Positions 45,140 to 53,738 of a DNA stretch of 53,786 nt are shown piece after piece. The notes under the pieces are model-generated. The model was not told where the DNA came from. It worked only from the letters and a program-made list of their open reading frames with translations, and made no database searches. A program made the translations under genes and the position numbers. Origin of the DNA: a virus (lineage: Duplodnaviria > Caudoviricetes); IMG/VR virus record IMGVR_UViG_3300031939_000004, positions 1-53,786 of that record; one strand, 5' to 3'. Numbering within the stretch: position 1 is the first letter of the stretch; every line of letters starts with the position of its first letter.

Positions 45140-45178
45140 TTCGGGTGGCTCCTCGATGTCGGTTGGTTGCGTACTGAA

Positions 45179-45208
45179 AGTAAAGCACGCTGCTTGCCAA
45201 CCGCGCAA
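45179..45208 (-). promoter_or_regulatory. Conserved phage promoter, copy 11
   Basis: TTGCGC-ggttgGCAAGcagcGTGC-TTTACT. Confidence 0.75.
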
Positions 45209-45351
45209 GCCCCCGCTACTTGGCGCGCCGCCGCCGATCCTCCGGCCGTGGCACGGGGGTCGGTGCCGGCACAGGAGGCTGGGCCGGCTGCACCTTCTCG
45301 AAGCGCTGGCCGTCCGCGTCCTCTAATGCGCTCGCCACGGGCACCAGCCTA

Positions 45352-47058
45352 TCAGCCCCGGCGCTGCCGTGGCGCGGGCAGCGGCGCGTCCTGGGCGACC
45401 ACCCGGGCCCGGACCGTGGCCCACTTACCCGCGATGTCGCCCACCTCGGTCGGGTTCGGCGTGACCTGGATGTCGTAGATCTCCAGGCGCGTGCCCGCGT
45501 CCAGCAGCAGCTCGTTCTCGCCCCGGATGCTGGTCACCGGCTCCGCCCAACGCGACCGCGTCCCCCGGGGGACGTCGATCTCCATGTACACGTCGCCCCG
45601 GAACTCCCGGCCGCCGATCTGCTTGGTGTTCAGCGTGGTGCTGAGGAACCCGCGGTCCTCGACCTGCTGGCCGAGCAGGTCGTTGAGCTGGCGATGCACC
45701 GCCTCGACCCCGCCACGCTCCACCCCGAACGCGTCGAGGTTGACCGTGCGAGCCACCGTGACCGAGACCGGGCTCGGCTGCATCGCCTGGCGCAGATCCT
45801 TAATCGGCTTGGTCGGGGCCTTGCCCTCCCGCAGCCGGGCGTTCCAGTCCCGGTGCAGGGCGACGGTGTACCGTTCGACCGCGTCCGTCTGGGCCGCCGT
45901 CATCGGCGGGAAGCCGGCGGCGTCCCAGGCCGCGCCGAACTGGTCCGCAGTCATGTGCGTGAACCGGGGCTCGGCCGGGGCCGCCGTGGGCGCTGCCGGC
46001 GCCTGGCCGCGAGTCTCGGCCTTGGCCGCCCGCTGCTGCGCCTTGGCCGCCCGCTGCTGGACGGCGGCTGTCGGGTCCTGCCGGCGAGCCAGCGCAGCCT
46101 GCACCCGGTCCGCGGGCGCCCGCGGGACCTCGCGCGGCCGAGGCGGGCGCACCCGGCCGGCAGCGGCGTCCGCTCGGCGCTGGGCCAGTTCCTGCCGGGT
46201 CGGCAGCCCGCGGGCGGTGTCCTGGGCGATCTGCGCCTCGGTCTGGCTCGGGAGAGTGGAGCTGCTGCTGGCCTTGGCGTCGGCCGGGGTGCGGACGTCC
46301 GGGCGGGGGCCGAACGAGCGCCGGCAGTTGGGGTGGCTGATCGGGTACGCCATCGCCTGGTCCTGCGGCAGCACCAGCCCGTTGGCGATCGTCGGGCTGT
46401 CGTGGTACTCCCAGCCGCAGGACGGCCCGTCGAACACCTCGAAGTAGGTGCAGCCGGCGGACTCGGCGCCCCCCAGCGCGGCCTGGTTGTAGGCCACCGC
46501 GGTCTGGCTGCGCACGACCATCTCGGCGTAGCCCTTCAGCCCCACTCGGGTGCCGTTGGCGTAGGTCACCGCGTGGATCCCGTGGTCGGCCAGCAGCCGG
46601 CGCATCTCGCGGCTGGCCTGCCGGGCGGTGTCGCCCTGCAAGACCGAGCGCAGCGCGGCGTCCCGCCCGATCTGCCGGATCAGCCCGCGGGTCGACTCGA
46701 CCACCTGTAGGTTGGCGGCCACCAGGTCGTGCAGGAGGTTTTGGGCGAGCAGCTGGGCGGCCTGCCGGTCGGCCTGGGTGAACACGAACGAGGACCCGCC
46801 GGCAGCGGCGTGGCCGGCGGCCATCGCCTGCTCGTAGTTGGCCGGGAAGTGCCGGGAGACGTAGCCGTCCGTCTCCTCGTTCAGCACCGACATCTGCCGG
46901 CTGATCTCGGCCTGCATCTCGGCCAGCCGGGCGCGCTTGGTGGCCGCGAGCGGGTCGTCGATCAGCGCCCGCTGGCGGGCGACGATCGACTCCCAGGCGC
47001 GGGTGTACGACTCGATCAGCGCGTCGGCGCCGGGGTCCTCGGTGACGACGGGCGGCAC
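45352..47058 (-). CDS. MuF-like minor capsid protein fused to a VIP2-type ADP-ribosyltransferase
   Basis: HPNCRRSF (MuF); YT...NARLR, VAR, GFLSTT and ENELLL (R-S-ExE). Confidence 0.85.
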   Translation of the reverse strand: MPPVVTEDPGADALIESYTRAWESIVARQRALIDDPLAATKRARLAEMQAEISRQMSVLNEETDGYVSRHFPANYEQAMAAGHAAAGGSSFVFTQADRQAAQLLAQNLLHDLVAANLQVVESTRGLIRQIGRDAALRSVLQGDTARQASREMRRLLADHGIHAVTYANGTRVGLKGYAEMVVRSQTAVAYNQAALGGAESAGCTYFEVFDGPSCGWEYHDSPTIANGLVLPQDQAMAYPISHPNCRRSFGPRPDVRTPADAKASSSSTLPSQTEAQIAQDTARGLPTRQELAQRRADAAAGRVRPPRPREVPRAPADRVQAALARRQDPTAAVQQRAAKAQQRAAKAETRGQAPAAPTAAPAEPRFTHMTADQFGAAWDAAGFPPMTAAQTDAVERYTVALHRDWNARLREGKAPTKPIKDLRQAMQPSPVSVTVARTVNLDAFGVERGGVEAVHRQLNDLLGQQVEDRGFLSTTLNTKQIGGREFRGDVYMEIDVPRGTRSRWAEPVTSIRGENELLLDAGTRLEIYDIQVTPNPTEVGDIAGKWATVRARVVAQDAPLPAPRQRRG

Positions 47059-47441
47059 TACCGGCCCCCGCAGCTCCGACCGCGGCGACGCAGCGTGTAC
47101 TCCTCAGAGTCGGGCGCCACGTGGTACCGGCGGTGACCCCACGGGCCCGGGACGATCCGGGCGGCCGACTCGCTGTCCTCAGCGTCGAGCACCCGCAGGC
47201 GATCCTGGAGCGCCTGCAGCGACTTGGAGCGGTCCTCGCTGTACTGGCCGGGGATGGTGAAGCTGGTCGGCTTGTCGATCGCGTCGGCCAGCCGGATCCG
47301 CAGCACCTCCACGACCACCTGGTCGAGGTCGGCCAGCCGCTCGTACCGGGCGGTCAGGTCGTCGTAGTCGAGCGAGGTGCCCAGCTCCGCCTGGAGCTGG
47401 GCGACCTGCGACTCGTCGAACGGACCGGTCGGGCTACTCAC
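47058..47441 (-). CDS. Putative head-tail adaptor
   Basis: Size and position after the major capsid region. Confidence 0.6.
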   Translation of the reverse strand: MSSPTGPFDESQVAQLQAELGTSLDYDDLTARYERLADLDQVVVEVLRIRLADAIDKPTSFTIPGQYSEDRSKSLQALQDRLRVLDAEDSESAARIVPGPWGHRRYHVAPDSEEYTLRRRGRSCGGR

Positions 47442-47748
47442 CGGCCTGGGCAGCCAGCGCCTTGGCCACCAGGTCGTCCTTGCGATCGCTGGCGGCGTAG
47501 TTGCCCTCGCCGAGCAGCTCGCGCAGCTCGTCGTTGGTCAGCTTGCGCAGCTCCTCTTCGCTGGCGCCGCTGTTCTCGCCGCTGGACGCGGGCGAGGTCT
47601 CGGCCGGCGGCTCGTCGGCCGCGCCGCGCAGCGCCGGCTCGATGAACTCGACGGCCCAGTCGGGGATCTCGTCGTTGGGCCACAGGGTGAGCGCGTCGTG
47701 CTGCGGCGCAAACACGTGGACCGGGACCTTGCTGGTGAGCTGCGGCAC
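47434..47748 (-). CDS. Small head-associated protein with C-terminal SAP/HeH-like motif
   Basis: AAGGAG RBS; LT.DELRELL...KDDLV. Confidence 0.62.
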   Translation of the reverse strand: MPQLTSKVPVHVFAPQHDALTLWPNDEIPDWAVEFIEPALRGAADEPPAETSPASSGENSGASEEELRKLTNDELRELLGEGNYAASDRKDDLVAKALAAQAGE

Positions 47749-47765
47749 TGCGGACTCCTTCAAAG

Positions 47766-47813
47766 ACGGATCGACCCCGGGACCGGATGGTACCAGTCCC
47801 GGGGTCGATCCGT
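47766..47813 (-). terminator. Strong hairpin after the major capsid gene
   Basis: Perfect 18-bp inverted repeat followed by CTTT on the minus strand. Confidence 0.75.
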
Positions 47814-47825
47814 GCTGCCTTCAGG

Positions 47826-48857
47826 TCAGGTGAGCACCTGGGTGGTCAGCGAGAGGTTCGGGTTCGCGATGAGCGGGAGCCCGACAGCGGCGGCCTTGGT
47901 CCAGGTGGCGACCGGCTCGGACTCCTTCAGCACGACCGCGACCATGCCCGGGGCCTGGTCGTTGGCGATCGCCCGCGCCTCGACCAGCTCCAGGGCCTCG
48001 GCCGTGGTGCCGAACGTGGTGTTGCCCAGCTCGCTCGCGCGACCCGGGAGCAGCGTCATCAGCTTCTCGTTGGTGACGCGCACCTGGGCACCCTTGACGC
48101 GGACCTTCGCGTCGTAGATGACGATCGGGGGCAGGTCGAAGTCCGTGAGGACCTGGTTCAGCTCGGCCTGCGTGATCGTGCCGGGGACGTACGACCCGCG
48201 GCCCACGTAGCCCCGGACCGCGCTGTTCTTCAACAGCGTGTTCAGCGCCTTGCGGGAGGTGAGGTTGTACGCGGGCAGCTCGTCGTTCTCGTCGTAGTAC
48301 AGCTCGACCAGGCCCTGCAGGTAGCTGATCGGGTCGGAACCGTCGACATCGAACTTCGTCGGGGCCGCAGTCGTGAAGTCGGCGCGCCGGCCGAAGTCGA
48401 CGTCCGCCTCCACCCCGCCCTCATCGATCGAGACCTTGGCGTTCTGCAGCGCCTCGCCACGGAACATCTCGACACGCGCGGCGACAGCCGAAGCCATGGC
48501 CGCGGTGTCGTCGTAGATCGCCGAGACGATCGGGGCGGCGTCGCCGGTCTCGATCTTCCGCTTGCGGAGGCGCTCCTCCTCGCCCAGGCGGATCTTGCGG
48601 CCCATCGGGGGCAGCTCGCCGAACATCCGGCGCAGCCCCTGGCGGGAGCCGATCGAGACCTCGGTGTCCCACGCGCGCACCGTGGCGGCGTCGGCCATCT
48701 GCAGGGTCCCCTGCGTGATCCGGTATTCGATCTCGTCGATGTTCCGGTTGGGCAGGAACGCGGCGAGGGTGAAGCGGTTGCGCTCCGCCTCCAGCTGGAT
48801 CCCACGGGCGTACCCGATGAGTTCCTGGGGGTCGACCAGGTCAAGGACCAGGGCCAT
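47826..48857 (-). CDS. Major capsid protein (lambda gpE-like)
   Basis: ELPPMGRK..L.E.E, VDFG and P...W....A..LP motifs; 343 aa. Confidence 0.88.
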   Translation of the reverse strand: MALVLDLVDPQELIGYARGIQLEAERNRFTLAAFLPNRNIDEIEYRITQGTLQMADAATVRAWDTEVSIGSRQGLRRMFGELPPMGRKIRLGEEERLRKRKIETGDAAPIVSAIYDDTAAMASAVAARVEMFRGEALQNAKVSIDEGGVEADVDFGRRADFTTAAPTKFDVDGSDPISYLQGLVELYYDENDELPAYNLTSRKALNTLLKNSAVRGYVGRGSYVPGTITQAELNQVLTDFDLPPIVIYDAKVRVKGAQVRVTNEKLMTLLPGRASELGNTTFGTTAEALELVEARAIANDQAPGMVAVVLKESEPVATWTKAAAVGLPLIANPNLSLTTQVLT

Positions 48858-48874
48858 GGTGTCTCAGTCCTCTC

Positions 48875-49264
48875 TCAGTCGAACTTGATGTGCGTGAGGG
48901 CAGCCTGGACGGCGGCCACCAGGCCGACGTAGGTGCCTTCCGCAGCCGGGGCGTTGGCGGCGATGACACGACCGTGCCAGTAGCCGGCAGCGGCGGTCTT
49001 GTCGCCCGCGACCACCTCGGTGGTCGTGAACAGCAGCACCTCCGCGTTGGCCTCCTGGCCGGCGACGACCGGGGCGTACCGGTCGTTGGCGAGCTTGTAC
49101 AGCGCGACCCCGGACGGGACGATCCCGTCCGCAAAGATCGCGATCGAGGCGTCGCCGTCGAGCGTGATCGACTTGGCTGCCTGGGTGCCGGTGGCGGACC
49201 CGAGCCACGTCTGGTTCTCGGCCGGGACGAACGTCTCCGACCGGGTGGAGAGGCGGATGCCCAC
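48875..49264 (-). CDS. Capsid decoration protein
   Basis: SITLD...G.VPSG..L and HG.V motifs; upstream of the major capsid gene. Confidence 0.75.
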   Translation of the reverse strand: MGIRLSTRSETFVPAENQTWLGSATGTQAAKSITLDGDASIAIFADGIVPSGVALYKLANDRYAPVVAGQEANAEVLLFTTTEVVAGDKTAAAGYWHGRVIAANAPAAEGTYVGLVAAVQAALTHIKFD

Positions 49265-49309
49265 CTGGCTCCCCTTTCGGTTGCTTGGCTGGTTGGGGTG
49301 GTGCCGGGA

Positions 49310-50095
49310 CTACTGGCCGACCGTCTTGATGACCGGGCCGTCGTCGGTGCTACCCGATCGGGCCTTGGCCCGCTGCAACCCGCGCTCGTAGGCCGAGTCC
49401 CCGATCACCGGTGCCGGCGGGCGGCCCGATGGGTCGGACGGCGGGGCCGGCGGGCGAGGCGGGGTCGGCGGGGTCGGTGTCCCGGTGAACAGGGCCGGGA
49501 ACAGACCCCGGACCTTCTCCACCGCGGTGCCGGCCGCCGCGTCGTCCACGTCGCCATCGGGCAGCTCGACCAGCCGGCGGATGCTGGCGAGTCGAGCGTT
49601 GCCCTCGTCGGTCCCGTCCGTGGTGATCCCGGCGCGCAGGAGCGCCGAGTCCACTCGGTACTGGCGGACGAGGTCCCGAGCCTGGGCCGCCTCGCGGTCG
49701 GCCTTGGCCTGGGCCTGGGTCGCAGCTTCCTGTGCCCGCTGCGCCTCGGACAGCTGCGACTGGCGCGCGGCCTCGGCAGCCTGAAGCGCGGCCTTCGCCG
49801 CCTCCGGGTTGTCGAAACCCAGCTCCTGGAGCAGCGCCCGCTGCGCGGCCTCCCGAGCCTGGGCGGTCTCCCGTCCGACGATCCCGGTCAGCTGGTCCTG
49901 CGTGAACGTCCTCGGCTCCGGATCCGTCGGGGGTGCCGGCGGAGTCGGAGGAGCAGGCGGCGTCGGCGCAGGGGGCGTCGGGGGTGTCGGCTCGGGCGGG
50001 GTCGGGAGCGTCATCGTCAGGTTGCCGTGCTTGGCGCGGCGGGTGGCGAGGAAGCTCTCGAAGATCGCCTGGTGGTCCGGGTTGGGCTTGGGCAC
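49310..50095 (-). CDS. Scaffolding protein
   Basis: Pro-rich N-terminus, RTFTQDQL, coiled coil, FPALF. Confidence 0.8.
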   Translation of the reverse strand: MPKPNPDHQAIFESFLATRRAKHGNLTMTLPTPPEPTPPTPPAPTPPAPPTPPAPPTDPEPRTFTQDQLTGIVGRETAQAREAAQRALLQELGFDNPEAAKAALQAAEAARQSQLSEAQRAQEAATQAQAKADREAAQARDLVRQYRVDSALLRAGITTDGTDEGNARLASIRRLVELPDGDVDDAAAGTAVEKVRGLFPALFTGTPTPPTPPRPPAPPSDPSGRPPAPVIGDSAYERGLQRAKARSGSTDDGPVIKTVGQ

Positions 50096-50215
50096 AGGGC
50101 CTCCTGGTCTGGCTCCCGGGCATCAGATGGGTCCGGGTCCCCACTCCCGGTTAGCGCTCCGGGTCGCGTGCCGCGGATTCAAGCACAGCGGGACCGGAGT
50201 CCCCGGTCCCGGAGG

Positions 50216-52090
50216 TCAGGCGGCCGGCGGTTGCGGTGCCGGCGGCGGCTGCGGCGCCGGGATCGGTGCCGGAGGCGGAGGCTGCAGCGGCAGCCCGGTG
50301 GCCGGGTCGATCGCGGGCGGGGGCGGGTTGTCCGGCGGCAGTTCGCGGGGCGTGGTCGAGTCCTCCCGCTTCAGGTAGCGCCGGACCTCCTCGATGTCGC
50401 CCAGCACGTCCAGCAGCTCGCCGGCCCCCAGGAAGTCGCCGGCCTCGATCCGGTCGACCTCCTCGTTGGCGTCCTCGATGTCGAGCCCGGCGGCGATCAG
50501 CAGCCGGACCGCGGTCAGCCGGCTGATGGCCTTGGCGGTCAGCAGGGCGGCCACTTCGGTGACCACGGCGCCGCGGTCCGAGGGCAGGAACGAGCCCATC
50601 CGCAGGTCGGCGTCGAAGAACCGGTCGGGGGTGCCGTCGACCTGGGCCGCCCGGCTGATCCGCCAGATGAACTTGAACAACAGGGGGTACTTTTCGGCGC
50701 GGGCGAGGCGCATCTCGGCCACCAGACTGGTCAGCGGGCCGAACGACAGCGCCAGCGCGATCCCCGATGGGACCTCGCTGGCCTTGACCCGGCCGAGCAG
50801 CCCCTCGGGCAGCCGGGACACCGTCGACAGCCGGCTGTACAGCCGGTCGGACAGCGCCCCCAGCTCGCTGAGCGCGCCCTCGGTGGTCAGCCAGTGCAGC
50901 TTGCCACCGCCGGTCTCCCAGACCTCGCCCGGGGCGTAGCGGGCGCGGTGCTGGCCCAGCGTCCCGCCTTCCAGCGCGAGGATCGGCTGCCCGGCGGTGG
51001 CCGCCGCGCCCTGCAGATCGGTGTCGGTGTTGCTCAGGTCGTCGAGGATCTGCAGGATGCGCGAGATCGAGGACTGGCCGTAGTGGTTCAGCACGGCGAC
51101 CGTGTTCGGCACGTGAACCACCGGCACGAAGTCGATCTGCAGGTCCACGCCCCGGGCGGTGTAGTCGCCCTTGGCCGGGTCGAGCGTGTTCACGTCCAGG
51201 TTGACGAGCTGGTCGATCTCCCAGGTCCCGTCCGTGAAGTAGCAGGTCTCGTACGACGGGTCGTCGTTCCATTCGTACTGCCGGCTGATCCGGCCGTCAG
51301 CTTCGAGCGTGTCGCCTTCCTTGGCAGCGATCGTCGCGCCGAGCCTGGTGCCGAGCAGCCCACCGGCGGTGACGCCCTCGATCGGGCCCAGCGACCAGGT
51401 CAGCCGGCGCACCCGCACCGCGGGGTTGTTCGGGTCGGGCGGCAGCTCCCACGCGATGTGCACGGTCCGCGGGTAGTCGTCCTCGTTGCCGTCGTCCAGC
51501 ACCGGGAAGTAGAACCCAGGGTCCCAGCAGCGGATCCGCACCCGCCCCTTGGCGTCGCTGTACCCGAGGCTGTACACGCCGTCGCCCAGGCCGACCGCGT
51601 TACGCTCGGTCTCTAGCAGCTTCAGCCGGCCGCGCTCGTCCTTGAAGAACAGGTCGCGCAGCCACTCCTGGAACTCCCAGGCGGCCTTGGCGTCGGGGTC
51701 GCTGCCGGGGTCGGCGTTGTCGCTGATCTTGTCGCTGCCGGCGGAGATCTCGGGGTCGTCGGTGTCGGCGTCCGGGTCGTAGTCGTCGGCGCCGTCGACT
51801 GTCACGTCGACGTCCGAGCCGAGCAGGGCGGCCAGGATCGTGTCCCGGACCAGCGCGGCGTCGCCGTACTCGCGGTGCCGGTCGCGCTCGTACTCGTCGT
51901 CGGTCGCGAGGAACACCCGGCCGGCGTTGTCCAGGTATGCCTGCAGCATCTTGTAGGCGAGCAGCCGGCGCTCGTGGTCACCGACCCAGGTCGGGGCCAG
52001 CCAGCTGAAGCCGGGGGTGCGCCGGTTGCCCATGGCGCGCTTGAACGACAGGGCGGTCCACGCGTCGTAGATCAGCTCGTCCCGGGACAC
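50216..52090 (-). CDS. Portal protein
   Basis: LGDGV, PVVH.PN..YG.S.I and PSG.AL.L motifs; GGAGG RBS; TAGACT at 52146-52151. Confidence 0.82.
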   Translation of the reverse strand: MSRDELIYDAWTALSFKRAMGNRRTPGFSWLAPTWVGDHERRLLAYKMLQAYLDNAGRVFLATDDEYERDRHREYGDAALVRDTILAALLGSDVDVTVDGADDYDPDADTDDPEISAGSDKISDNADPGSDPDAKAAWEFQEWLRDLFFKDERGRLKLLETERNAVGLGDGVYSLGYSDAKGRVRIRCWDPGFYFPVLDDGNEDDYPRTVHIAWELPPDPNNPAVRVRRLTWSLGPIEGVTAGGLLGTRLGATIAAKEGDTLEADGRISRQYEWNDDPSYETCYFTDGTWEIDQLVNLDVNTLDPAKGDYTARGVDLQIDFVPVVHVPNTVAVLNHYGQSSISRILQILDDLSNTDTDLQGAAATAGQPILALEGGTLGQHRARYAPGEVWETGGGKLHWLTTEGALSELGALSDRLYSRLSTVSRLPEGLLGRVKASEVPSGIALALSFGPLTSLVAEMRLARAEKYPLLFKFIWRISRAAQVDGTPDRFFDADLRMGSFLPSDRGAVVTEVAALLTAKAISRLTAVRLLIAAGLDIEDANEEVDRIEAGDFLGAGELLDVLGDIEEVRRYLKREDSTTPRELPPDNPPPPAIDPATGLPLQPPPPAPIPAPQPPPAPQPPAA

Positions 52091-52159
52091 CAGACCTCCA
52101 GATACGGCTCGACCCCCGGCGGGAGCCACCACGCGCCGGGGGTCGAGTCTACTGCAAGG

Positions 52160-52816
52160 TCAGGCGGGGTCGCCCTCCTTGCGGTCCTTGGCCTGCTCGA
52201 CCAGGCCGAGCACGTACACGCCCATCCCGTTTCGCAGCCCGGCGCGGCGCAGCCGGCCCTGGCGCTCGACGTGCGATAGCGTGCCGCTGAGGTTGGACCG
52301 GTGCCAGTCGACCAGCTCGTCCAGCTCGCGGGCGGTCAGCCCGCGCGGGGCGTGCTCGCGGACCAGGTAGACGACGTAGTCCCGGTTGCTCATCCCGAGG
52401 GCGGTCTGCTCCTTGATCTCGGTCTCGACCTCGACGGTCGGCCGCTCAACGGCCCGCAGGTGCCGGCCGAGCTTGCCGGCGCGGTCGGCGCCGTCGACGC
52501 TCCAGATGCGGTCGGGCTCGTCCTGGTCGCCCAGCACCCCGCGGTCGGCGTGCACGGTCGACTTGGACACGCCCAGGGCGGACGCGATCGCCGCCTCGCT
52601 CATCCGGGCCAGCCGCATGGCCTTGACGAGCACCCGGCGGGTCGGGATGTCCAGGTGCGGGCCGAGCGCCCGCAGCTGGGGGTGCCGGCTGCGGCAGTAG
52701 TCGTCCCAGGTCTGGCCGGCCTCGACGTGCGCCTCGTGGGTCCAGGCGGTGGTCACGGCGCGGCCCAGGGCCAGCGGCCCGGTCTTGGCCGGCGCCGGCT
52801 TGACTGCGGCGGTCAT
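52160..52816 (-). CDS. HTH DNA-binding protein
   Basis: MSEAAIASALGVSKSTVHAD plus a second winged-HTH-like segment. Confidence 0.75.
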   Translation of the reverse strand: MTAAVKPAPAKTGPLALGRAVTTAWTHEAHVEAGQTWDDYCRSRHPQLRALGPHLDIPTRRVLVKAMRLARMSEAAIASALGVSKSTVHADRGVLGDQDEPDRIWSVDGADRAGKLGRHLRAVERPTVEVETEIKEQTALGMSNRDYVVYLVREHAPRGLTARELDELVDWHRSNLSGTLSHVERQGRLRRAGLRNGMGVYVLGLVEQAKDRKEGDPA

Positions 52817-53100
52817 GCGATCCTCCACTCGGTGCGCAGGCGGGCGTTGACGACCGCGGCGGCCTTGCCGGCGGTGCCGTGCTCGCGGATCAGGTCGGCC
52901 GCGGTGCCGGGCTGGATCAGCGGGACCAGGGTCCCGTCGTCCTCGCCGAGCGCTTCGCCGTCGATGGTCTCGAACGCCTCCAGGCGGGGGCGGTACAGCG
53001 CGGGGCCGGTGGTCATGTCGGCCACGTCCAGCACCACGGTGCCCAGCAGCCGGGTGGCTGCGGCGGCGATCGCGGCGGCGGTGATCTTGGGTGCGTTCAT
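52813..53100 (-). CDS. Hypothetical protein
   Basis: AGGAG RBS; ATGA coupling. Confidence 0.6.
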   Translation of the reverse strand: MNAPKITAAAIAAAATRLLGTVVLDVADMTTGPALYRPRLEAFETIDGEALGEDDGTLVPLIQPGTAADLIREHGTAGKAAAVVNARLRTEWRIA

Positions 53101-53165
53101 GTCGGGCTCCTGGTGGGTCGGCGTGGTGTTGCTACCAGGGAAAACGGCAGGCGGGGGCCTGGCCT

Positions 53166-53738
53166 TTAGTCGGACGGCGTGGCGGCATCACTCGGGCGGG
53201 GGGTGTCGCAGTCGTTGGCGCCGGTGGCGTCCAGGACGTGCCCGATGCTGCCGTCCGGACAGTAGACCTGGGCGCCGGGAGTCCAGCTGGCGCCAGGGGC
53301 GCAGGCCGAGCCGTCCCAGTGCTCGGTGTCGGTGTTGCAGGAGTCGGGCGAGCCGGCGGGCATCATCCCGGGGGTGTCGGTGTCCAGTCGCTGGAAGGTC
53401 TCGTGCGCCGGGATAGACACGCGGTGCGCCGGGGGCGTCGGCGTCGCCTTCGGCGGTGTACTAGAAGTCTCGAGCCGTGCCGCCGGGGCACGAGTACCGG
53501 GGGCGGGCTCCGAGGCGCTCGACGGGGCTCCCGTGACACGGACGGGGGTCTCCGCGGTCGGGACGGCCACCGCAGGGCGGGGCACCATGCTCGGGGCGCG
53601 GTAGGGCCGCTCGGGCGCCGGCACGCTGGCGATCCGGGCGGGGTCGGGCGTCGCGGGGTCGGGCATCGCGGCGGCAGTGCCGGCGGCGACCCCGGCCAGT
53701 AGGCCGAGCGTCAGCAGGGGCAGGATCAGTCGCTTCAT
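53166..53738 (-). CDS. Secreted Pro/Thr-rich protein with a Cys-containing C-terminus
   Basis: Signal peptide MKRLILPLLTLGLLAGVAAGTAAA; GGAGCCACCC. Confidence 0.72.
   Translation of the reverse strand: MKRLILPLLTLGLLAGVAAGTAAAMPDPATPDPARIASVPAPERPYRAPSMVPRPAVAVPTAETPVRVTGAPSSASEPAPGTRAPAARLETSSTPPKATPTPPAHRVSIPAHETFQRLDTDTPGMMPAGSPDSCNTDTEHWDGSACAPGASWTPGAQVYCPDGSIGHVLDATGANDCDTPRPSDAATPSD

Noticed and set aside
49930-50010. Tandem DNA repeats of regulatory significance
   Set aside because: They encode Pro-Thr-Pro-Pro low-complexity linkers of the scaffold; similar tracts occur at the portal C-terminus.
1638-51616. Long plus-strand ORFs (e.g. 1638-3395, 19698-21734, 48890-51616) and the minus-strand ORF 27099-29171
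   Set aside because: They are antisense shadows of motif-bearing genes, expected in high-GC DNA, and show no recognisable motifs.
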